Shown: one piece after another, positions 35,312-45,569 of the stretch
Numbering within the stretch: position 1 is the stretch's first letter
Layout: every line of letters starts with the position of its first letter
From: Tubulanus polymorphus
Taxonomy: Eukaryota; Animalia; Nemertea
NCBI RefSeq assembly: GCF_964204645.1
Contig: NC_134031.1
Location: forward strand, 6,386,001-6,450,000
DNA: 64,000 bases
Direction of reading: 5' to 3'
Notes under the pieces: model-generated
The model's input: only the letters and a program-made list of their open reading frames with translations
Databases searched by the model: none
Told to the model about the DNA's origin: nothing
Made by a program: the position numbers and the translations under genes

Positions 35312-36298
35312 GTCGAACGGATATGACGGTAACTGGTGGCCTATCGTAGGCTGCCAGTTGCTGATAGTCGGCGAAAAACGTAGTTGCGTCGGTTGGCGTC
35401 GAGACGCTTGTCGACATAAGCCAGCTTTTATGAATTAGAGCATTGATAATTTTAGCCAATTTTCAGAAACTTTTTAATGTTGCTTTTCAGTTGTATTTTT
35501 TTTTTCTTCCACACAATGAACTTCAAAACGATTCATTTCTCCAACTCCTCAGTCAAGTCCGCACGGTTCTTCATAAAATGTCAGTATGTGTTCAGCTTGT
35601 TAAATTGCACGACATGTTGGAATTCTCGATAGGTCATTCGTTTCGTCCGCTAAGGGGCATTATACATCAAACATCAGGTCCAAAAGTAATTATGTGAAGA
35701 ACAATTTTATTTTCGAGATTTCAACCTGATGTCAGCGGGAAACTTGTGGCATACAACCTGAATTTATTTTTTGTCCGTGGTTGCGCCATTCTGGGATCGA
35801 CCGTTTTAAAGCAAAAATATGGGAACCCCGATTTCAGAAAATTTGGTTCTTTCGGTCCTAGCTCCTAAACTATAACAAAAGGTGTCCTCACGGGGAATTT
35901 TTTTGTAGTACTAGAAAAGACGCTTCAAATGATCTATCGTTTGACATAGCACCCTTTCTTGTTCTTTGGTAGGGTCACCTAGAAATATATCAATAGCAAG
36001 GACAATGGGAACGACAACGCGATGTTAAGGCTTCATTCAGTAATAAATTCAACAAAGTGTGTAGTGTGAAAGGATTGCTGAAAATTGTTGCGGCAGGAGC
36101 TGTAGCTGTAGTTTTCCTCGTGAAATTATATTCTAGTGTTCGAGCTTTGTTGAGGCGTGTCAGATTCTTGATATACATGTATACGCAATAAATAACCACC
36201 CTCTGCACTGTAATCATTCTTCTTCCACCACCGTGAGTCAAAATCCATCGGCATACAATCATCACTCACGTGAATAGTAAAGATGTCGAGTTAAAGCT

Positions 36299-37306
36299 AT
36301 GAATGAAACGATTATCTGTTGCGGTCGTTGCAATGGCGAAGTTGCTACATACTCGTACGGAGCCATAATGGGTATAGTTCGAGCCTCGATATACCTTATC
36401 GGTATAGCCGCCAACATCTTTTCATTAACGGTACTGAACGTCATGCAGCTTCAAGGAATAAGCAGCATGTTCTATCTAAAGGCTCTCGCAGTAGCCGATC
36501 TCATAAACTGTTTAACTGGAGCATTTGGAAGGGAGTTGATGATGCTCGGAGAAGAGGTTTCATTTGAATTCATAAAATTCAACCGGAGTTATCAGTTTTA
36601 CTATCGTAGCATATACCTGTATGTAGATACGGTATTTCAGATGTCTACTTCGACGAGTTCTTGGTTGCTTTTCGTAATGAGTATTGATCGCTATATCGCT
36701 ATTAGATTTCCATTTTCGGTGAGAAAAATCTCTACAATAAATGTTGCACGACGTGTTACAGGTTTTACCTATTTTTTCACAGTTTTATTCGATTTTCCAA
36801 CTTTGTGGGACTTAGAAACAACTCGGATAAACCCAGGCGAAGCGTGCGAACGCGTCGGCCTGAGATGGCTACTGCTATTCAACAAAAATTACTTGCTCTA
36901 TTACGATTTCCTTTTCGGTACTGTTGTGCTGAAGTTAATTCCTGGTTTTATCGTTCTTATAAGTAATGTACACATGTTCATATTAGTCCGAAAGGCAGCC
37001 CGGGATCGGCATAACATCAGCCAGCAAGGTGAACAACAAGATGCAACAAACAGCAAACGAGGCCGACAAATTACATTCATGATTTTAGCGCTTAATCTGA
37101 TATTTTTCATCGAATATGCATTTGCGTTAATAAACACGATATTGCCGGCAATCTATTCATCGGGATATCGGCCATATCATTTTGGACAATTATTACACGC
37201 TATAAATGCAATGATAAATCTGTTTGTGTATATGGGCATCCGGAGAGGGTTTGGTCAGACGCTCCTTTGGTGTTTGAGTTGTCGTTATTTTGGAAAGCGA
37301 ATGTAG
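36299..37306 (+). CDS. Intronless class A GPCR, FMRFamide-receptor-like, subfamily E
   Basis: 335 aa, MNET sequon, LAVAD, MSIDRY, INAMINLFVY. Confidence 0.9.
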   Translation: MNETIICCGRCNGEVATYSYGAIMGIVRASIYLIGIAANIFSLTVLNVMQLQGISSMFYLKALAVADLINCLTGAFGRELMMLGEEVSFEFIKFNRSYQFYYRSIYLYVDTVFQMSTSTSSWLLFVMSIDRYIAIRFPFSVRKISTINVARRVTGFTYFFTVLFDFPTLWDLETTRINPGEACERVGLRWLLLFNKNYLLYYDFLFGTVVLKLIPGFIVLISNVHMFILVRKAARDRHNISQQGEQQDATNSKRGRQITFMILALNLIFFIEYAFALINTILPAIYSSGYRPYHFGQLLHAINAMINLFVYMGIRRGFGQTLLWCLSCRYFGKRM

Positions 37307-38360
37307 ATTGAGGTACTAACTTTGCCCACAAACTTACTCGCCACATTTGATAGCTCGTCATCTCAACACGATCGAGGGACCAAAGTCCCCACAGCCGCAG
37401 AATGAAATTTCAATTAAGTGTATAGTAGTAAAGAAATAAACACGCATAAGATCAGTAAAGTAGTTGGCCAAATTGCAGTGGTAATTAATGGTCTATCATA
37501 AGTAGTTGCCTGTGTTTTCGAATGTTTTAACATTGTCTTATTCGAAAATTTATGCATTGTACAAAATGTATTGCCACATACTTCCTTTTATCGACAAGCA
37601 TGGAAATTTCCAATAATACAAACACGAATAGTACAGTAGGCTGCCATATACAACTGATAGACAACTTGACGGGTGAAAAAATATACATGTAGCTCGAGGA
37701 ATATAGTCTTAAGTTCTCACAGAACTGAAGAGTTTCTAAAACAAACACAATACGCATGTATGTAGATACGGCAATTCAGATGTTTACTTGACGAGTTCTT
37801 GGTTGCTTAACGAGTATTGATTATAGATTTTCATTTTTGATGAAACGATTCCCTTAGATAGTTTTGCAGTCTGAATGTATTTCATATTCGTGCAATACGT
37901 TCGTAAGAGTTTAAAAATGAATGAGATACACGTTACAGTATTATGGATTGTGTATCTATCGAATCATCACGAGCTCGTTTTATATAGATATGGCTTGATT
38001 AAGATCAACGAGTTGAGATAATAGCTCGTAGTTCAGATATACGATGTGAATGCGATGATTATCCGGTTTTACCAGTGGATCTATCATTTTTCAGTGATAA
38101 AACGCGTGCCATGGATAGAAAACATATTAACTCGCAGTAAATCACACCAAGCGTTTTGTTCTCACGTCAAGGATTTAACTAATTAATCTGTTAAGACATT
38201 TATGTACGCGCTCCAGCGCTGACCATTCACAACGAGTTAGACATTCTAAGCGGAAGCGATTGGTTGGCCAACTCACATACACTCTCAAGCTCAAGAGGAA
38301 GTAAATCTGATCGTTTTATCTTGGACCCAAAGTACTAGCTTAAATACAACAAGGCAAGTA

Positions 38361-38495
38361 GTACTGTAATGGTTAACTATTTTATTTGACGCACGAGCTT
38401 TCGCTACTTTAGGTTATCTCATTTACCTGATGAAGCTACTAAACACTAGTAGTGAAAGCTCGTGCATCTAATAAGATAGTTAACCATTACAGTAC
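38361..38495 (+). mobile_element. Penelope-like inverted-repeat remnant with hammerhead ribozyme core
   Basis: ~50-bp inverted arms; CTGATGA (38427-38433), stem GCTACT/AGTAGT, GAAA (38454-38457), then GCTC. Confidence 0.5.
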
Positions 38496-39398
38496 CTGGT
38501 GAAGCTACGGAATTATGGCTTCAGACGACAAAGTTTGACTGATCACACGGAGTGGTCGGTTTGGAAAACCATATGCGCAATATCTATTGTATTGAATTAT
38601 CAGGAAAACGTGGATTCGGTATTATAAATTACTGGTTACATCGCTCACAGATACCACATTAATCACTTGCCGCGATGAAAAATAATCACATAATCGCATA
38701 ATGATCTTCCCAGTGATCATTCTACTCGAGAAGTCAAGTCGCAACAGGCTACCATGGAGACAAACCAGATGACTTGTCGCTATTTACTACGGATCAACTT
38801 GAAATATCATTACTAATCGTAAAACCGCCAACAGATCTGCGTATATATGCACGTAGGTCGCAACATGTACAAATCTGGAAATCTTTCAAAAGACATTCAA
38901 TATTGATTCTACTATATTCAACGATATAGATCGTAGCAGTTGACTGGAATATTTACGAAAGTGTTTCTATAAATCTGGACAACTGGATAGTTTCCATTTC
39001 GTGAAATATTACGTTTGTGTGTGTCATTAAACGCCAATAAGAAGTTACGTATTGCGGTTGATATTGGCGCACGCATTATCAATAATTCTCAATGGTTGGT
39101 TATAATGGATTGTATGTTCATCACCAGCCGGCCCTCGGCTTAATTAATCACAGACGAGTCTAATTCCAATTAGAAAATTGATTTTCAGCGATACCGTAAT
39201 AATAGATTGCACCATAAAACATAAAACTACCTCATTATGTTTTCGCTTGATTTCATAACGAACAATTAGATCAAGTCGAACGAGCTGATCGGATTGTGTC
39301 GGCGACGAACGCGGCATTCTATAAAAACCGAGTATAGAAGTAACCGAACGACCAGAGAGTTCTACCGGTACCATTAATAGTAGAAATTGGTTGATAAA

Positions 39399-41388
39399 AT
39401 GACCGCTGAACTCGAAGAGCAAGATTTAGAAATGGACGACAAATGTAACAATGAAGAGAATGATAGTTTGGTCAAAATAAATGTCGGTGGGCGAGTTTTC
39501 GAAACGAAAATCTCCACGTTAAAACGAATCCCGAATACGCGACTCGCTACATTGCCAACCGACGAGGAGCATTTCATAGTCGATAGACAGGAATACTATT
39601 TCGATCGTAATCCTACAGTTTTTGAATCGGTTTTGGAATTCTATCGAACTGGTGAACTGCATACGCCCGTATCGTTGTGCGGACCGCAGGTCAAGCGCGA
39701 GTTGAAATACTGGGGAATCGACCAGAGGGATGTCGAAAGATGTTGCTGGGCGAACTATTACGGCAGCGCGGGAACTAGAGATGACTTGATTAACTTTGAA
39801 AAGTCGTTATTGAAGTATAAGGCACCTCTGGCTGGTAAAGGGTGCACAGCGTGGAAGGAGCAAGTGTGGATGTTTTTAGATAACCCGTCATCATCTATTG
39901 GTGCCACGGTAAGTGCCACGCATGTGGACAGAATACCGACGAATGTCACCCAATTTGATCGATTTAAGGTTTGTTTCGGGGATAGATTTTCAATTACCGT
40001 GAACTATATGAATCAGTGAAAATCACAATATCCGTGATAAGACGATCAGTAAAAATCCCGTAATATATTGAATGAATCTAAAAATTTTTTTGAAATTATA
40101 AATATTTCTGGTGGATGCTACCACCCCTCTTCAGTCTAAAAAGAAGGGTGGTAGCATCCACCCGAAATATTTCTAAATTTTAGAATAATCTTTTTAGATC
40201 CATTGATTTATTGTGGGAGTTTTACTCACCATGAACTATAGTTTCACCCTATCGAGATAATAGGATGGTTTGCCTTATTCACAAAAAACGATTCCAAGTA
40301 AGCCTTATGCTAGTTTTTTTTCAGTTTTAATTTCCGGAAATGTAACATTATACGACATTACAGTTTTCAGATTGATATGTACATTTCTAGTTCCACGGCA
40401 GGCTTCCCGCTAAATTAGTCAATCAATAACATTGCGTGTTTTCGTCTCATTTCAGATGTTTGCCGTCTTATCGCAACTGATAATCATCATTTCGGTAATA
40501 TCGCTTATCCTGGAATCGATACACGACGTTCAAGTACCGATGAGTCGCTATGACAATGAGACGTTACGCATGTTACCAGGGATCCGTCAAGCGGGCGACA
40601 CGACCGTTCCTCCAATAGAACTCCTATACGTCGATTGGTTCTGCTACATATTTTTCATCGTCGAATACATTGTGCGCTTCATTTTTTGCCCGGAAAGAAA
40701 AATGTTCGTGACGAATATGTATTTCATCATCGACTTACAGGCCATAATTTGGCCGATTATATATTACGTCACGCGACAAGCCGACGAAGAATTCGCGGCG
40801 AAACCAGAATTTATGATCACGCTTCGCGCTTTGGAGTCGCTCCGCGTGATCAGATTGTTGCACATCATGCGCAACATTCACGCCGGCGAAGTAGTTCTGT
40901 ACTCGCTGCGCAAGAGTATGAGGGAAATAGGGCTGACGATTTTACTGTTTATAATCGGAACCGTCTGCTGCGGTTGCTTAATGTACTACGCCGAAAAAGA
41001 CAACACGAAAAACTTCCTGGACATCACATCCTCCATCTGGTGGGCTATGGTTACGATGACGACGGTCGGGTACGGCGACATGTACCCGACTCAATCATGG
41101 GGATACCTAGTCGGTGCTTTGACTATGGTCATCGGCATACTCCTTGTCGGTTTAACCTTTTCTACGATCGTCAACAATTTCATGTTGTACTTCGGCCACG
41201 ATCCAAAAGCCGACAACTATCGGTGTCCCAGGTCGTACACACCCCCGAGCATAACCGAGGAGGTGTTCAACCAGAGTATTTACAACGCGGACGATAAACC
41301 TGAGACGCGTTACCCTTACCCTATCGGCTCTGCCGAGTGCGGAATAGTCAACGGTGGATATTACAGACGCGAGTCGAAAATCTACTAA
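39399..41388 (+). CDS. Shaw/Kv3-like voltage-gated K+ channel subunit (exons 39399-39908 and 40456-41388, 480 aa), divergent S4/S6
   Basis: T1/BTB domain INVGG..FDRNP..H-x5-C-x20-CC, six TM segments, filter TMTTVGYGDMYP; phase-0 GTAAGT..TTTCAG intron. Confidence 0.9.
40049..40225. mobile_element. Foldback MITE in the Kv intron
   Basis: ~80-bp inverted arms with core GGTGGATGCTACCACCC / GGGTGGTAGCATCCACC. Confidence 0.7.
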
Positions 41389-41402
41389 GTGCAAGGGCAA
41401 AA

Positions 41403-41621
41403 TTGGGTAAAAGTGCAGATCCGCACCTCTCCGCGTAAACGGTTCAATCAATTACGTTAAATATCATTGTTTCAGATTCAAAATGTCATCAGCAATTCAG
41501 TACATTGCCATTGGTTAATTTTAAGATATCTTCACTAGAGAGTAGAAAGATTTTAGCCAGGATTCTGGCATTCAGCAGATTGCGTCAATCACGAGAGGTG
41601 CGGATCTGCACTTTTACCCAA
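41403..41621. mobile_element. MITE with perfect 29-bp TIR just after the Kv stop codon
   Basis: TTGGGTAAAAGTGCAGATCCGCACCTCTC and its exact reverse complement. Confidence 0.8.
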
Positions 41622-41651
41622 GAGAGCCGAGAAAACTGCTGAGAAAATGGC

Positions 41652-42073
41652 AGCGTTGGATCCAGGATTTCAGGTGCACAAATTATGAAGGGGGTCTGGG
41701 GAAAATATTTAAAATTAGACGCGTTCTAGGTACGATCAGAGTCCGTCTGACCCGGAACCAGTCCAATCATAAAACGCAGCAATGACGCAGCAACATCGAC
41801 GAAACGCCATAAAATAGATGACTGCCGAAAAAAGCATCGGTAAACGACGACAACGCTTAGGCCAACCCCATCAGGGATTTTTCACATACTTTTTCTTCTT
41901 CCTCACGAAAAGGCCAGTCCCTAAAAATAGCAAGGACTTTTGTGCACAGGCATCCTCGCTTGCCAGGGGTCCGGTATCACCCCCGCACCAACCGCCTTAG
42001 CGCAGTGGGTTCGGATCCCTTGACCGGTGAAGATGGTGCACAGTGAAACGTGCACCCCCTGGATCCACCGCTG
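41652..42073. mobile_element. Harbinger-like non-autonomous element
   Basis: CAGCGTTGGATCCAGG ... CCTGGATCCACCGCTG termini. Confidence 0.6.
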
Positions 42074-43035
42074 AAGCGCTTAGTTTTCCGAGGAATAAAT
42101 TCCTGTAGCGATAATGTCAAATATTCGTAGATACGGTACTTTCTTTTCATTAGAACATTTTCTAATCTTGTAATATTCGTTGAATTAGTATCACCGGGCT
42201 TTATTGCCTTTCAATTCGGTTGTTTTTTTTTATAGTACATGTAGCTATTTAGAGTCTACGTCTGAGAAATGAACGTTTTGAAAGTGCAACCCATTTGTTA
42301 ACAGTGACTTTGTGATAGCAACTCTTACCGTAACGCTACTCTCAAAACACATCGTTTTAAAAAGTCAACTATTGAAAACCATCAGTTATCCACTTATTCA
42401 GTCAACAATGGACCCTTTTAGACTCTACTAGATAGTAGAGGGTAATGTGTACTGAATAACATTTTTAGTACATATCCTGCAGTACTTGTGTTTTCCATTG
42501 AAGCGTGGAGTAATCAATGAATGATTACTCATATTCTGAAGCAACTATTCAGACTCATGAGGATGGAAATGTGAATAAAAAAGAAAATAATTTAAAAGAC
42601 TAATAATTACAGTACATCGCGTCATTACTAGACAAAAGTTTATTTCAATCAACTTAAAATGTTCGTTGATCTCAAGATATTCGTATATATATTCTATAAA
42701 ATATTTGTTCAGCAGCTATTTATGAATTTAAGTACATTATGTGCATTTAATACAAGTTGTACATAAGATAGTCGGTGTTATAACGCGGGACCGCTAGAGA
42801 CCCCTATTGTTAATCAGCTCCTCGACTATTTACATCTCGTTCGTCAGCATTTAGCATGATTCCATCCACGTGGAACTAACATGAATTATGACTTTCTTAC
42901 AAAATCAATAACGTGTGTATATTCAAATTTTAATAGTTATGTCCGAATATTGAGGTTCGAGCTACTTTCATCATTAAAGATACTTTAAAATATGCAGGGC
43001 AGCCAACTCCAAGAACGCAGTTTGAATGGTTTCTA

Positions 43036-43408
43036 GGGACCCGTTTCACAGTCTAAGACCAACTTAGTTCTATAGCCAATCTAACAATTTAATACCAGTC
43101 TTAATATTTAAGACCACTTTTTGGACTTAAGTCACGACTGTGCAACTGGGCCCAGGGTTCGGTTTCATGAAAAGGATTGAGGCCTAAATCGATTTAAGAT
43201 TAACTGAATTGATGAAGAAATTAAATCGATTTAAGAGTTAAACCTTGTTGTGAAACTGGGCCCTGGGGCCGGTTGCTTAGTCATGGATTAAACTTAAGAG
43301 CAGTCTACTGTCTAAGACCAACTTAGTTCAATCTGACAAATTACAACCAGCCTGAAGATTTGAGACCACTTTTTGACTTACCGGTAAGTCACGACTGTCA
43401 GTTGCACC
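43036..43408. mobile_element. Three abutting PIF/Harbinger-like MITEs
   Basis: GGG(A/C)CCGGTTTCAC...GTG(C/A)AACTGGGCCC units joined through CAG/CTG. Confidence 0.7.
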
Positions 43409-43900
43409 TGGAGCTTATCAAAAGGCCAAGAAGGATCCTGAAATAGTTTACAGAACTGATTTCGAAATACATGGGGCTCATTCTCTTGACTGGTCAGTGG
43501 AGAAAATACAATTAAGAGCATTACATCGCTTTAGAAATGCTTCAAGTGATTTTCAAGTGAAACAGAAATCACAAATACAGAAAAATAAGTAATAGTTGGA
43601 AACTTTGCATTCATATTTGTGATGACACACACAACGGTCTAACCATGACACATCACACAATATCTAGAAACATACAAATTAATTTAAAAAAAATTTTAAG
43701 ACTGAAAATTCTTTAAGAATCGTTTATCGGCGTTTTATATAAACCGGTTATATAAAACATTGGATAGAAGAATAAAGAATTCTTATACTGCTGAATCTTA
43801 CATCATCGAAATAATATGGAAGAAACGATAAAAATAGAATACGCAACTAGTTACAGATCAGCAGTGAATCATAACATTCTAATTCACCAAAAGAATTTAT

Positions 43901-44176
43901 CATGGTTCCCACAGTTACGTGAATTAAAAATCTCCATTACATTTTGTGGTGGCTGGTTGATAAAAAAGGTGATTTTCAAGGGAAATCGCTGAAGAAAGTT
44001 GCCCGTAGCAAATACAATACCCAGTATGTGAAACGTAAATGAATTTCCCAAATATTTCTCCGATTTTAGGAAAGTTTTTGAAATTCCCAAATATTTCCAA
44101 GCTGGGAATCATTACCGGGGTATTTCGAAATTCCCTAGTTTTTCCCAATAAGTTTCCCTGTCCTGTGGGAACCATG
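43901..44176. mobile_element. hAT-like MITE (second copy ~56771-57089)
   Basis: TIR CATGGTTCCCACAG / CTGTGGGAACCATG; internal TTCCCAAATATTTC repeats shared with the 56.8-kb copy. Confidence 0.7.
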
Positions 44177-44562
44177 ATACGAGAATATTGGCATTTGCGA
44201 TGATATTCATTTTGTAATAATAACCAAGTATTGATGTATACATAGCTTATCAACAACAATTTTCAATGATAGACTACTTTCAACAGAACAGATGTTTCAA
44301 AATCTTCACCGAGTCCCCTAAATCCCGAAATTAAAATGATTCAAACATCTGGGATGATAAACTAAATTGTGGGTTATCTATTCTATATGAATGGTTTACA
44401 GTAGTCTTTACTATGTCTACCTTATTTACTCATATATCGATAATCCATAGATTTTCTTGCCCCGTAATTAGGAAGATCATAGCACTACATTGTTTTTTAT
44501 GTTGAGTCAGCGATCCATTTTAAACCCCCTCCCTCACCTCAATGACACTTGTGTGTTGTGCA

Positions 44563-44783
44563 CAGAGCTGCCAACCTCTGAAAAGTGCAATCAGTAACAA
44601 ATTGATTTTTTTCAGTAACATTTCATTGAAATATGAAAGAAAATGTTCAAATAAATCAGTAATCAACAGTAAGACCCTCAGTAACATATTTCATATTTCT
44701 GTACACAGCAAACAAATGAAATCAGTATTTCTCATTATGAAATAGTAACAAATACTAAAAAACAGGAACAGTTGGCAACTCTG
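44563..44783. mobile_element. hAT-like MITE
   Basis: CAGAGCTGCCAAC / GTTGGCAACTCTG TIRs; internal TCAGTA repeats. Confidence 0.65.
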
Positions 44784-45061
44784 TAATGCACAATAAAGCC
44801 AGGCTAGAAACTGGTCGCCCCGCCTAACAATCATGTATTTTTTACAAATATAACAAACAAAACAGTTAACATCCATTTCATTTTCGTCGATTTATATTTA
44901 CAAAACAATAATCAGGAATAAATATAAAATCTATCTACAGAGCACCAACTCTTTGAACAAATCTCTCCATCAAACCACAATAAGCCATTTTCCCTTTTCC
45001 GGGATTTGGCAAAAAGCCCTACCCTAGTTGACCGGACGCAGCTATTTGTCACACAGAAACA

Positions 45062-45241
45062 CAGTAAACCTCGCCTAACTCGGACAAACCGGGACCTGCA
45101 AAGTTGGTCCGAGGTTAAGAGATGTCCGAGTTAAAGATAGGAAAGATAAGTTAGGGAAATCACGAAAAATGATTTAGTTTTTGTCCGAATTAGTCGAGAA
45201 TCTGAGTTGCGTATGTCCGAGTAAGGCCAGGGGTTTACTGT
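45062..45241. mobile_element. Tc1/mariner-type MITE
   Basis: CAGTAAACCTCGCCTAACTCGGAC / GTCCGAGTAAGGCCAGGGGTTTACTG followed by TA. Confidence 0.65.
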
Positions 45242-45569
45242 ATACACACTCAATCAGATTCCCAACGGTGTTTTTTCGTTGACGAAAATCATCGACTAAA
45301 TTAACCCCAATTTCCGATTCCTGGCTAACTTCGATATCATATTTCGGAACAAGTTCCGCGTGTGCAAGTTAGATTTAATTCACAGTCGAATTAGTTCATT
45401 TTCAATCTCGGTTCTGATTTTTAACACGGAACACCGACCCGGTGTGCAAATGCCTGCACTGTCTAATAGGGCAGGGTATTGTTAAGGCTAGCGGAGAACG
45501 TCGAATCTACATTCACGTGTAGCATAACAATGGTACGTATATATAGGTGTCAGCACCTATCTTCATCGG

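Larger units (their letters stand above)
31598..38200 (+). repeat. Segmental duplication 2: tandem units ~31598-33934 and ~33935-38200
   Basis: Collinear matches 31600/33937, 31850/35500, 32500/36612, 33047/37323, 33570/37868. Confidence 0.85.

Noticed and set aside
39909-40019. ORF-track extension of Kv exon 1 (and similar run-ons around RAPGEF1 exons)
   Set aside because: Read-through into introns past clear GT donors or before AG acceptors.
40635-41297. 220-aa alternative-frame ORF
   Set aside because: Overlaps Kv exon 2 in another frame; Arg/His-rich by-product of codon bias.
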